64,000 nt of DNA, taken from Minutocellus sp. GHC0000111. Its lineage: Eukaryota. Each line of letters begins with the position of its first letter. Within the stretch, counting starts at the first letter, position 1. Positions 1 through 11,996 of the stretch are shown here, piece by piece. Position numbers and translations under genes: made by a program. The stretch covers positions 1,798,001 through 1,862,000 of the forward strand of contig OZ361257.1 in the NCBI GenBank assembly GCA_977018835.1, written 5' to 3'. Under the pieces are notes generated by a model, which saw only the letters and a program-made list of their open reading frames with translations, searched no databases and was not told the origin of the DNA.

Positions 1-1
1 C

Positions 2-1132
2 GTGCACAGCATGATGCGGCCCCTCATTTCGTTGGATGCCTACAACGACGACTTTTACCGCTGGAGTTACGACGATCGGCGCAACCGCAACCTCCTCGTG
101 CTGGGCGGGTCGACTCCCCAGGGCAACAACCTGCCCAACCCCGTGTGGAAAGAGACCAAGGAAAAGGCCCAGGCCATCGAGGACAAGTACCGGGGCAACG
201 TCGAGAAGCGGGCCGAGAAGTGGTCCACCAAGCAGCAGACTCTGGGCAAGACCGTCAAGGTCAACGTCAAGCGGCCCAAGGCCCTGCTGGCCACGACGGG
301 AGCACTCACCACGGCCACCGCTGCTGGTGGTGCTGGTGCCGACGACGACGAGCGGGAGGACCGCTCCGAGGAGGACCGGCAGCGCGTTTCCATGTGGTCG
401 GCCCGGCTGGCCATCGACAGGGGATACGTCGCCTACCTCGATCTGCTGGAGACCCGCCGCCTCCTCCAAACGTCGGCCGGGTTGGAGGCCAGCGTCGCCG
501 AGCGGCGGGCCGAGCTGACCCGCGACGTCGAGGCCAACGTGGCCAAGCTCCATGGGAGCCTGGGCGTGACCGTTTCTACTACTAGTACAGGAGGTGGTGA
601 CGGTGGAGGTGGCGAGGCAGCCGCCCAGCGGACCATCGAGGTGGATTCGGCCGTACTGGCCCGTACCCTCGGCATGCCCAAGGGTCGGATGCTGCTCAGC
701 CGGGTGCTGGACGATGGCGTCCTGCCCCATTCCAGTGCCTGCCGCGTCCTTCCCAAGGCTCTGGGGGTCATCCTCTCCACGGCCGTACCGGCCGGTGCAC
801 CGCCTCGGGGAGAGGATCGTCTCGTCCGTTCCCTCACCGGCCTTGTGCAGACTTCCCAGCCCAGCCTGGCACCAGAGGACCTCATCGATTCTCTGGTCGA
901 GTTTGGTTCCGTCTACCAATCCGAGCTGCAGGCCAAGGGCACCAGTCCCGGCGATACCGTCCGCAACATGCTCGGCACGTCCGGTGGACAGCGGGCTCGA
1001 ATGGAGCTGCTCCATGCCATCCTGAGTCGGGGCGGTATGGTCTGCGGTGGCAGCGGGCCGGACGTTGCCGGTGCGTGGAAGGCCAAGGAGGCCGAGTTCA
1101 TGACGATCTTGTCGGCCATGAACAGTGCCTAA
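2..1132 (+). CDS. PAT1: 3' part of a Pat1-like mRNA decapping activator (5' end lies outside the window)
   Basis: Open from the window edge. 'MRPL..LDAYNDDFY' resembles the Pat1 middle-domain motif, 'LGKTVKVNVKRPKALL' the LG...P.LL segment, and 'LGMPKGRMLLSR' the KG..LL.R motif of the helical C-terminal domain. Codon usage is GC3-rich. Confidence 0.7.
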   Translation: MHSMMRPLISLDAYNDDFYRWSYDDRRNRNLLVLGGSTPQGNNLPNPVWKETKEKAQAIEDKYRGNVEKRAEKWSTKQQTLGKTVKVNVKRPKALLATTGALTTATAAGGAGADDDEREDRSEEDRQRVSMWSARLAIDRGYVAYLDLLETRRLLQTSAGLEASVAERRAELTRDVEANVAKLHGSLGVTVSTTSTGGGDGGGGEAAAQRTIEVDSAVLARTLGMPKGRMLLSRVLDDGVLPHSSACRVLPKALGVILSTAVPAGAPPRGEDRLVRSLTGLVQTSQPSLAPEDLIDSLVEFGSVYQSELQAKGTSPGDTVRNMLGTSGGQRARMELLHAILSRGGMVCGGSGPDVAGAWKAKEAEFMTILSAMNSA

Positions 1133-1389
1133 TCGAAGGATGTTGAGGTTGATGGATGGATCAAGGATCAGCTGGAAGGGATGTTAAGAGAGAGAGAGAA
1201 AGAGAATCAACAATCACAAAAAATGTCACGGCTTATTTTAATTACGGGCCGCCAATCTAGGATAAATTCAAATAATAACTAAGAAAGGAGAGATAAATGA
1301 ATCAGAATGTACCACCATATCCACGAGAGTACATGTATGAGTTCTTGACCTCGCGGTCCCATCTCACTCTCGTTTGCACGTTTACAACT

Positions 1390-4300
1390 AACTGTCTGGT
1401 GGTCGTCCGTCAGAAACAAAATAAAGGGGTAATAAGGGAAAACGTTACCCCCCTTACTAAAAGTTTAAAAAGTGTACATGTGTTGAGTATTTTGGTGCCG
1501 CCACGGACTTCCTTTTTTTGAATTGAAACAGCTGCCAATTTCTGTGGCCTTGTAATGTGGGCAATCGCGGCTAAGTTTCTGTGCCGGAGCTTTCTTTTTG
1601 ATGCCATGCATTCCTTGAAGAAAGCCAAGTTAGGCTCTCAGCACTATTATTCAGGAAAGCTGCCAAATAAATGTGATCCGAGAAGCAGATGATGGACACT
1701 TTTCTGTGGACCCCCACAAAAGCGCTTGTGTGCACAAAAAAATGTTTCGAAAACGCAGATTTTAGTTTTCTTGAAAACGAAGACGCTCTTTCAAATATTA
1801 TTTTTACATGAGTCGAGCATTCTTTTGTTGACACATGTAATGTCGCAAACCTAGGCTGAAAACTTCACTTCGCCGACCAAAAAACATGTGTGCGGCAGCG
1901 ACACTCCTCGGACGGACTCCTTGTGCTAAAGCAAGCGGAAAGATGGGCCAAGAACAGCCAAGAGAAGAGAGAAAGCGTCCAAATGCTTACCGTAGCCATC
2001 ACACATTTTCAGACGGTCTCCGTGCTTGCCTCTCACAACATTTTATATCAAAGCCTCAACAACAGACAGACTTTGTTTTCGGCTCATAAATTATTCTCAA
2101 CTTGAACCCAACTCAAGTCATTTCACATTTCCATCAACTTCGATCCATGTAGTTCGTTGCGTTGGGCTTTCCGGTGCTTGTGTTCTTCGCGGAAGCAGAG
2201 GGGGAATCCATGGTGCTGGAATTGTTGGTCGTGGCCATCATGCCATTGGCAGTCGCTGCGGTGTCTTGATCGACGGGGGGTAGTCCGAGGATGGAGTGCT
2301 GGTCGTGGTAGTTTGCACATCGTTCGCATTTACGCCGCCGCTCTCGGACGTGACATTGCCATTGTCGAGATTGGCAGCGGCTTGAGCGGCGGCGGCGGCG
2401 GCAGCGCCGGCGGAGACGGGACGATCGTGAAGGTTGCTGCTGTTGTTGTTCATGAGGACGAGCTGCATTGTCGTGCTTGGATGTAGACATTTATGATGTC
2501 TAACACCATTGTTGCATTTTCCAATCACATTGCTTTCTCTATGTAAATTCTGTAGATCCTCAAACCCCATGACTTCGAGACTCTCATCATGCCCCTCTAT
2601 TTCGACCACTGCAACTACCATTCCTTCAACCGTCTGGTCAATGCCTGGTCCTTCCGTCGCATGTCGTCCGGCCCTGACCGGGGATCGTAGCCTCGTATCT
2701 ACGTGAGTACGTACAGTAGTCCCGTTGGCGGACAGACGAAATGAAGGCCGCTCCTCTGCTCTCGCTCGCCCGCTCATTTCTTGACACCTCGACATCAGCC
2801 CAATGGCCGTCCTTCTTCTCGCACCGCTCTCAGGTACAAGATCTGGTGATACGCTACACAATACTAGGATATCGACGACTCAGAGTCACTGCTAGATATC
2901 TGTTGTCAATTTTTGTGACGTCCGACGAAAGATACGCAGAATAACACATGTTATTGGGAGCTGTCGATTTCCTCGTCTTCCTCGTCATGTCACAACGAAC
3001 ACAACTGATCGACTGTTGCCTTCTCTCAGACAGCGTTCGTTCCACCAACATCGCAAGCACTTCATAATTCAAAGGACGGGCGTGCTTTGTTGGCGTTATT
3101 GTTAATGTCCTGGAGTTTCTGAGTCCAAAGTGGTACTGGAGTGACTTGAAAGTGAAAAGTAAGTTATTTTTTATAATTTGGACTTTTCGAGTCGCTTGGT
3201 TGAGATGATCTTTTCAGGAGAGTGAACGTGCAACTTGTGGAGGGAGAGAAAGTAATGTGGAATCATAGCATCGCATATATTGCATCGCTCGATGAGTATT
3301 ACCTCGTCATCTTCATTGCCATGATTGTTCTGGTTGTCTTCTTCACCATCTTGATTTTCGTCATCATCGTCATCATCGCTATCGCCATCTGCTTGCTCTT
3401 GGTTGGCCTCATCTTCATTTCGTCTACTTTCCCTCAATGCCTTGCGCTCAGCTTTCTTATTCTCGTCAAATCTTTGAGTGGCAAGGAGCATATTCTTGAT
3501 CCATTCACAGGTAGCAGGCTCCTGCGATCGTTCAAGCTCAAGGACGGCACTCTTGTCCTTCCTCCCTCCTCTCATTCCATAGAATCGACTTGCTAGCTTG
3601 TTCCATTTCGCATGGATGGCCTCCCCGCTTTCCTCGGCAACAATACCAATACTATTGTACTCCCTGGCAACGGCATGTAGATGCAATGCCGCAAGACAAT
3701 GGAGCTTTACCATCTCTGGATACTTGAGTGGCTTCCTGAGTTGAACGGGGGGACTATCGACAAAGTCTTTGATCTTTCGAGGGATTTCAATGGAATAGGT
3801 GCGTACTTCTTCGATCTGCTCGTCGGTGAGAGCTTCACATGCCTTCATGTGGCGTCCCAGTATCGCCCAGTCTTTCCAAATTGCCTTCATCTTCTCCACT
3901 AATGCCCTTCCAGCAATATTTTGATTTTCGTTTCCATCCTTCTCAATTAATTTCAGAACTCGGTCGAATATCTTTTGGTACAACTTCATGAATTTGAAGC
4001 AATCACCGCCCACGAGGTCGTGGTGATATACTGTTTCATCGATCCCGGCTTCCTTTTTTGCTTGAAAGTATTCCCTCTCGGCAGGCCCGACCATCGTCTT
4101 GAGGATTTCATCAAGATCTTCCAGGGAATTCTCTTCCAGGGAATTCGATAATTGATCATACTGCTCGACAAGTTGTTGCATCTGGATGTTGCGATTGGCA
4201 TCTGCAAACATGTGCTCATTATATTGTATCTTTTCCAGTAACTCAAGACTCTTTTCAATGGCATTTGGACCGGTAATGTTTGCTATCTCGGCCTCCATTT

Positions 4301-6541
4301 CTTCATTGTCAAGGTTGGCATTGAGTTCTGCTGATGCGTCAATAATATCTTTCCGAACTTTTCGAATGTCTCTTATCATCTTCTCTCTTGCCTCTTTCAA
4401 TGCATACTTCGTGTCCAGCTGGTCCTGGTCAGCGGATAGATCGTCAATGGCTTCGAGACAACGGTTGATCCAGCTATTGAGCTTGGCGGTAATGCCAAGA
4501 ATAATGTGCAATGGCATGCAAATGCATTTGCCAGGTTGGACATTCAGGATTGGTTTGCGACGAACGGAGCAGTTTGATTGGTGAGCCTCCGCTTCGTATG
4601 CTTTTCGTGCCTTTGGATTGCGCATGGTATTGGATGGCATCTCGCCCATTTTCCCAGCATTCGTGTGATAGTGCTCTGTTATGCTTTCCAACGTTCTCAT
4701 AACTGCTTCTCCCTCCTCGAAATCATGGTATTCAGATTTAAGCATCTCGCACCACAGACAAGAGTACATCGCTGCCCCACCAACAAGACCAAAGAGAGTT
4801 GCTAGAAGTTCGAAGTCGGCAGATATAAAACCCCTGAGCATCGACACATTGGCTTTGAGAGATCTATGGGGCGACCGGCCAGCCTCCAAGGACTTATTGA
4901 AATAGACCCATGTGGCAATACAATTACCTTCACCGGCCAGTTGTTGTCGTGGGCCTTGTATGCCGTTATCACCGGAGGCACCTTCGGGTCGTTGAGAAAA
5001 TCCTTCGATTGCGCAACAGCCAGCACGCCAAACAATCTGTTCAGAGGCATGGACAGCTTTATCGCCTTGCCGCTATTCGATTCGATATCACTCTTCACAC
5101 TTCTAATGATGGCATGAGCCATCTCATCCGGCGCCGGAAGGGTGGAATCAATTACAGGTGCAAGCACGGCATCAATAGCCGCTGGAGCCGGCGGTGTTAC
5201 TACACTAGTTCTTTGTTTGGCAGCAGCGCCAACACTTTCCTTTCCTACCTCTTGTGAGCTTGCCAAAAGATGGGCCATCGAGCTGAACAATATGTCACTG
5301 TCCATCTGTGCAAGTAGAACAGAGAATAGCGTGGCGGCCATGTACTTCTTCGTCCTCTCCATGCCCATTCGGTTACTTCCGTCTGGCTTCGAGCCATTCA
5401 TCATGTTGGTCACACCTTTTAACACCGCACGAGCACTGCTCTTGTCCTTCTCAGACATTTCATTTATTCCACTCATGCATTGTCGAAGTCGCAGCTCCTC
5501 CTCTGTCTCCTCTTTGGTTCCCTTATCAGCAATTTCGCGCTTCTTTTTCTTGCGCTGGGGAGATCTGGTAGGAGAGGGAGGGGTTGGTTGTGATGGCTGC
5601 GTTGCCTGCAGGGCATGATTTGATATCGATTTGACAGCTTTGGTGACCCACCACTCATCTGGAGGTTCGAGATTAGTTGAAATCTTGCTCGGTATGCGCG
5701 CCCCTTTCTCCAGAACAAAGACAAGAGTCTCTCTATCTTTCACAGACACACGGGATGTATCTACACCAAACAATGAACAAAATTCTTGCTCGCATCTCGT
5801 CCGTGACGTGCCGCCAGGGAAGATTGCATTGAGGATGCTATCAACACTCCACTTCTCACCAAGAATTTTCGTAAGGTTGCAGTAAGCATCAAGATACTTC
5901 TTTCCTCGCTCGCCGTTGCCAATGCTGATGCAAATAACAGTTCCACTATTACAACCATCAACAGATCGGTCGTCTGCAGCCTCAATAAGCCCAAGAATGA
6001 CCTTCTCGACGTGACTTGAACGACGGGGGGCACGACGATTAACATTGACGAGTTCAGAAAAAGCAAAATCATGAGAGGTGCATGTTCGTGATCACAGTCG
6101 AAAAAGAGGTGGCGCTATCGATGCAAAACGGTTCATGATATCATACACAAGGAAGCTGCATCCATAGCGCCACCTTTTCAACCTTGGAATGGTCTCAAAT
6201 CGAGGCGAAGGTCGGGATGGGCGGCGGTTCCATCTGTCCTGGGCAGGAAAATCGTCAGCCACACATCGAGAGCGAAATGTCGATCAAAATTAAAGATCTC
6301 GGTACAACATGCACATGACTACTTACTTTGTACCTTTAGTTGCCCTGGAACGCTTGGAAGTTGTATCGCTCCTACTGCGGCGGCCGCAATCAGCGCCGTT
6401 GGCGCCTCATGGTGTTGGGAAAATGACGACGGATGGACGTTACAACAAGAAAATAGAGGATTTTTTATTTTCTTATTGAATTTATTTTCTATTTTTTTAT
6501 TCACCGACTTTCTGACGACTGTATACCACCAGGCTGCCGTG
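1390..6541 (-). mobile_element. Defective Chapaev/Transib-like (RAG1-fold) DNA transposon; left boundary approximate
   Basis: Read inward, the right end is CACGGCAGCCTGGTGGTATACAGTCGTCAGAAA. An imperfect inverted match CTGGTGGTcgtcCGTCAGAAA lies at 1396-1416. Both sides have AT-rich subterminal DNA, and transposase ORFs lie inside. No intact left CAC terminus or matching TSD was found. Confidence 0.6.
3171..6087 (-). pseudogene. Chapaev/Transib/RAG1-like DDE transposase, broken into two frames (4802-~6087 and 3171-4889)
   Basis: Motifs in RAG1-core order: 'FISADFELL..LFGL.G....SCLWC' (second Asp plus CxxC), 'RTLE', 'PLHIILGI', 'KLH.L..H' (Zn His pair) and 'SIG..AEESGEAIH' (catalytic Glu). 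The first-Asp segment is not visible, and the frame changes near 4850-4900. Confidence 0.8.
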
Positions 6542-7601
6542 GTACTACCACGAGCTCTTCCTTCGGGGCCGTCCCAACCTTCACCGACTGATGCGCCGCC
6601 TCCCCAAGAGTCAGAAGAAGGCTCCCATGTCCAAGTTGGACGAGCCCGATTTCTACAGCATGCCCCGAATGGACGCCCTCGTCCCCAGCAACAATCCCGC
6701 CACCAGCCCTGCCGCATTGGCCGCCGCGGCTGCCATGCCCGCGGCTTCGGTCTCCATGTCGGCCATGTCAGCCAAGTTGGCCGCTGCTGCCGGCGGTGGT
6801 ATGAACATGAATATGAACAATCTGGGCATCAGCAATAACCTGGGCAACATGAACAGGAACATGGCTGCCCTCACCTCGGGCCTTGGTGGTAATCTTGCCG
6901 CCGCTACCAATGATGTTGGTCAGCTCTCCCTTATCGGCCTTCAACAGGGTATGGGAATGGGCATGGGCATGTTTGGCAACCAGAACAACTTGCTGAGTAT
7001 GGACAACAATAATACCGCCAACGCCAACATCACGAGTGATTCCACTAATAATAACGACATGGACAGCAATTCCGCCATCCAGGCTGCCATGGCCAGAATT
7101 GCCCAGCAGCAGCTCGCCGAGCGCGCCCAGATGTCTTCCCTATTCGGTATGGGTGTCAATGATACTTCCAACAACATGTTCCAGCAGCAATCCTCGCTCC
7201 TATCCAACGAGGGTCAGCTGCAGCTGCAGCAGCAGCAGCCACAATCAGACAACCTACCGCAACAACAACAAGGTCAGGTGCAGCAGCACGAGTTCACCCC
7301 CTCCCTCGAGGCCAACCTTCGTGCCACGCAGCTCGAGCATGACCGCCTGCAGCAACAGATCGCCGCCCTCCAGGTTCAGCAGCAGGCCATAGCTAATGAG
7401 CAGCTTCAGCTTCAGCAGTTCCAGCAACAGGCTGCTTCGGTTACCAACCAGCAGCAGCAGTTCGAGCACCTGAACGAGGCATCTCTCCAGTCTCAGCAGG
7501 AGTCCAAGATGTCGTCGCCTCTCCTTAGCGCAGCTGCGACTGCTGATGCTGGCAATCCCACTGGACAGGTTGCCAACAGCCCCGCCGCAAAGTCTGGTTA
7601 A
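6542..7601 (+). pseudogene. HSF: 5'-truncated heat-shock transcription factor (end of the DNA-binding domain plus Q/N/M-rich tail)
   Basis: The frame of ORF 6591-7601 extends upstream as YYHELFLRGRPNLHRLMRR...EPDFYSMP, which is the HSF DBD C-terminus (compare the HSF at 53142). It begins abruptly at the transposon end at 6541. Confidence 0.85.
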
Positions 7602-8467
7602 ATACGGAAGCATTACTAATAGATCTATATATAATATATGAAAATAGCATTGCTTAGACGACGATTATATTATACATGTAAAGTGAGATGTCTACGAATT
7701 TTTTCGGCATGTTCTTAGATAGCTGTTGATTTGACATGCAAATTTTGCACATGTACTTGGCAGTCAAGCCCACATGTATCGCAAATCCTTAGATTTAGAG
7801 ACTAAGGAATGCTTCGTCGTCTACATGTAACTCAAAAATGACAGCATTTCGTTTTGTTTGAAATCGAAATCATACATGCAGGTATCTTTGATCGGCATAG
7901 ATCTACATTGTCTACCATGCTCATGGTAAAACCTCTGACATAGATAGGGGATGCGAGCAAGTATCATCTGAAATTGGTTCATTGTGCTCGCTTACATGTA
8001 TAGCTGTCGGATGTCGGATGATGCTTTGCATCGCAAGCCAACGACAAATTCTCGACGGTCACGCACTCCAGCATCACGAGCGTCCGCCACGATGGCAGCA
8101 CCAGATGCACCCCTCTGCCACGCATGAGACGGGACAAGTCGCAGGTGGAAAGCGACCGCTACCGCAAAACGGCGAAAATCCAGTAGGCCCCACGGAGAAA
8201 CTCTATGGTTGAAGAATGCATGTTCCACGAGTAGCAGCGAATGTAAGAAAGTCGATCAGAAACGCAACTTCGCCGAGCTGCAAACATACACAATTGACAC
8301 TTTTGTGCTACGTATGACTTGTTCGACTGGCTTCGCAACTGAAAAAGAGACTGCCGAATGAAAGGAAAGCGCCAAGCCAGCAAGCCACTCGAGAGGCTAC
8401 AGACTGCTACTTTTGGTGGCTAGTAGTGATTAACACATTCGCACTCCTGCAAGCACGCATGTATGAT

Positions 8468-8717
8468 TATCGCTGACAAATACTACGCAACCACCATGCC
8501 AGTCGAAGCCATGGCAAATAATTTGAAGAGGAACATGCTGTATTGGTACTATGCAACTGAGGTGTATCATGTGAGAGGTTGGCTTGATCGGAAGCCCTTG
8601 CCAACCTGTCTAGTCTTTCGCATTAGGTTCATTTATCCAAATGATAAAGGTGAACGATATGTTGGATTCATCCCTGGTCATCAAGATGAAGAGGAAGAAG
8701 AAGAGGAAAATGCATAA
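8468..8717 (+). pseudogene. KolX C-terminal fragment of the truncated Kolobok copy
   Basis: KRNMLYWYY...RKPLPTCLVFRIRFIYPNDKGERYVGF, the same as 16728-16977 apart from substitutions. Confidence 0.85.
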
Positions 8718-8821
8718 TCATTACCTCAACACATGTAGATAACAAGAATGTGCGTAGCACGTGAGTAACAGCACACAATAAATCCATTTTTATTTACAGT
8801 GATAAAATATTTTACACGTGT

Positions 8822-11137
8822 TTACAAGCTGCCATTTTCTCTCAGTATCGCCGGCATCCAAGAGCTAACATCATTTGCCGATACACCGAAGTTTGTCTTA
8901 GCTTTCTTATTATTTCTTGCAGATTTCTTGTTGCTGCCTGGGCTTCTGCGCTTCTTTCCGGCGTAAACGACAACGTCGTCAGCATCGTCGCATTGACATT
9001 CAGCCCGAGTGTGGCCAAGCTGCTTGCATTTCTGACACTGCTGGTCAATCTTCTTCTTGCGGCCAGGCTTTGCTGGTTTCGCCTTACCAGCAGCTAGGGC
9101 CCTGTTCTTCTTGTACACATAGTCCTTGTCGTCTTTCTCGCTTCTGTTTCGCAAGGCTGCTCGAAGGCGCTTGCTGTCGCTCTTGCTCTTTTTGTACTCA
9201 TCGGTGCGCTTACGCGCAAGGTCGCCCTCGAGCTTCCGGTCAATTGCATCGAATCCATCTTTTCGGGTAGGAGAATCCCTCGATCCCAACTTTCCAAGAA
9301 CTCGCTCATTGAATTCCGTACCCAGTGACTTGTGGCCAGCGGCTCTACTTGTTGCATTTGGGTAGGCGTCTGAAGCAGTCAAATTCGGCCTTTTCCCCAT
9401 CGTGAACTTCGTCACCATCCCGTTGAGCTGTTCGACGCCGGTGGTAGATTCCTTCTTGCAGTTGGAGTCGGCAGTATTCTTGTTGATTCTCTTGGTTATT
9501 TCAAGCGTCATCTTGCGAATCGTGTCGTCACTAATCTCCAATATGTCGCCATCGAATTGATTCCCCGAGCTCCATTCCTCATCGAGCTTGCCATCACTCC
9601 AATCAGGATGAGCAATGCTGAGGCGAATCCAATCACACGTGTTGGTGGTGCAAAAAGTGTGAATGCCACATTGGTGACGAACGACGGACTGGAGTTCTTT
9701 CTGAAGGAGGGCCAGATGACTTTGTTTTTCCTCCTCGGACACAGCACCATCGGGCTGATCGAGAACGCTGTGCTTGCACCGATCAGCAATCTTCGAAATG
9801 TCCTGTTTCATCCGATTGATGCGTGGTCGGGGGGTGGCATTAAAATTTTCAACTCCCAACATTCTCGGCCAGATGCTCCTCTGCCACACCGGGGGAGTAG
9901 GAAGAGTTGCGATGGCAGAAGCCATCATGGTCGTACAGGGCCAGTGTCTCATCCTTGCTCATGTTTTTGAGCTCACTCGGCGTTGTTGGATTGCCGGCTT
10001 CCCGCCTCTCCCTCAATCTTGCATTGCAGGCTCTCACGCAACAGTGGCAGCTTGCCTGAGAGATTCCCTTGTCAACAACAAGGCCAGTTTCCTTGTCTAA
10101 GGCAAATACCGCTGCAGCAGAGCCAGTGTAGCAATGGCCGTAGTCGCGTTTGAGGGCGCTGCCGTCTTGGGCCACCGCAACCACCGCCGCCGTGTGCATC
10201 TCGCCGCCTTGTTCAAACTCAACAGTCTTGCTGCTAGCGGCATGTGCTTTTGCCCTGTTCTCGTCAATGATTTCATCAGCTGCTTCAATAGCCGCTGCTC
10301 TGCATTTCTTTTCCACCTGTCGGGCATTCTTTTCGGTCGGATGGACGATGTCGGCCTTCGTGCAGAAATTCATGAAGCGACTTGCGCACATGGCCTCATC
10401 TTCCGCTGCCTCCATCAGCTCCAAGTTCATTCCAGCCTGACTTCTAGAATGCTTTCTGCCAGGGCACACAACTTCTGACCTCTGGCCGATCCAAGTGCAA
10501 AAAGAAAAAGGTTGGTTGCATCTGTCGCATCGCCATTCAAATGTAACGCCGAATCCACGCCGAACTGGCTCGGCCGAGAGATGCAGATTGCCGCACGATC
10601 GGTGGAGATTCTGTACGAAATCATGCAGCTGCTTCATCTCAACCACAATTCTTTTGCCGTTGAGCTGCACGCCGGTGATGTTGGGACGATCGGTAGCGTT
10701 GGCGGTGGGAGTAGATGACCGACCGCCCGAAGAATTCTTGTCGGAATAGTGTTTCAGCATCGCGTTGAGATGGGGCCCATGCTTTTCATCGTCCTGGAAG
10801 TAATTTTCAGGCATGGTCGGCAGTGATCGCTTGCCATTGCGTTGAGAGCGTGGGCTGGCGTTATTGGCTGTTCTGGAGAAGCGGTAGAAGGGCTTTGCAA
10901 CGTCAAGGCCTGATGTTTTCTCTGGACGTCGTCGTTGGACATTGACCTCGTGTCGTGTTGGGACGTGTTGAAGAGATGATCGAACAAGAGAGATCTCTCT
11001 AAGCTCGGCGACACGCCACCGCGCATCAAGACACGGACAAGCTCATCAATAGTGTAGTAAGTACATCTGGCGTCGTCTGGGAATGAGAGCAAGAGTGAGA
11101 GGATTGCCTCCTTGGCGTTAGCACGTGATGTTTCCAT
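8822..11137 (-). pseudogene. Kolobok DDE transposase, copy 1 (three frames)
   Basis: ORFs 10754-11137, 9849-10814 and 8822-9952. Motifs: 'DGSALKRDYGH..TG...VD......CHCC' (first Asp), 'C.RN', 'TTGVEQLNGMV.KF' (Glu) and a C-terminal CQKCKQLGHTRAEC zinc knuckle. Confidence 0.85.
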
Positions 11138-11996
11138 GGTTGTTTTTTTGTTTTGTGTCGGTTCTGGCGCAAGATGCGCTTTTCGATGAGAACCTTACAA
11201 AAAGAATCCCAAATTAGGGAGACGTGCAAAAATACCCCAAACAAATATCCCCTTACCTCCCAACAGCAAAACTTCAAGATGTCTTCCCACCAGCACCACC
11301 AATGCTGGTTATGCGTCGGCCGAGACTAATTTCGGTCGATCCGACGATGACGTGTGCGTCGACTGTTGTGTTTCTGAGGGAGAGTTGATTCATCGAAGTT
11401 CCTCTGAACCAAGTGTTCCTGGAGGGATTTCCGACTTAATGCTGGAAAGGAACGTCGATGACTCTTCGCCACTGTGGAGAGCGGCGGCCTTCGATGAGGA
11501 GCCCATTGTCACGTTGGAGTGCTAACTTTGGCGATGGTGCGAAGAAAAAACGGCACAAAACACGCATTTTGGGGGCTTCCTAAAAGTTATGGACAGCGCC
11601 CTCTTAAGGTTTGTGCTGATTGAAGCAATCTCAAGACGAGCTAGCTACGGGCAGTGGAACTCTACTTAGGGTTAGGGTTACATGCATGTCGTCATTGGAA
11701 TATAGTATTGCATGGGAGACATATGAAAGAGCGCCATTACGTGTGGCTTTCTGTTCCTTTATTGCCCGTGGCATCTACTGGACGATGATGCTACCGGCAT
11801 GCTAAGACAAGATTTCTCTTGCTTTGCGATTTTTGATGTGCGGCTACAATTGAAATATTGTAATGACACCGCTGGTATACTTCCATGTCATTGCACAACC
11901 TTGCCCATCGTTGGTGAGTGTCAAATCTTGTTTCAATTTGCACGTTAGGGCCGCAATAAACTACAATGCCATCATGTATTATAAAAGTTACCATAC

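Larger units (their letters stand above)
8468..11603 (-). mobile_element. Truncated Kolobok DNA transposon copy (left end intact, right ~1.1 kb missing)
   Basis: Reverse complement is nearly identical to 13857-16977. TIR TTATGGACAGCGCCCTC ends at 11603 and is followed by TTAA (11604-11607). Identity stops at 8468, inside KolX. Confidence 0.93.

Noticed and set aside
1309..1315. GTAC-CAC as the left TSD plus terminus of the Chapaev-like element (matching GTAC at 6542-6545)
   Set aside because: The sequence after this CAC does not match the right-end repeat; the matching inverted segment lies ~85 bp further in.
3171..6087. A true RAG1-RAG2 (ProtoRAG-like) gene pair
   Set aside because: No kelch/PHD RAG2-like ORF faces the transposase, and no heptamer-spacer-nonamer structure is evident. 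The motifs fit a stand-alone Chapaev/Transib-type enzyme.
7982..8460. Short ORFs between the HSF fragment and the truncated Kolobok
   Set aside because: No recognisable motif and no second Kolobok TIR or TTAA junction; left unannotated.
11666..11680. TTAGGGTTAGGGTTA telomere-like tract near the Kolobok end
   Set aside because: Only 2.5 units and ~60 bp from the junction, so compatible with chance.
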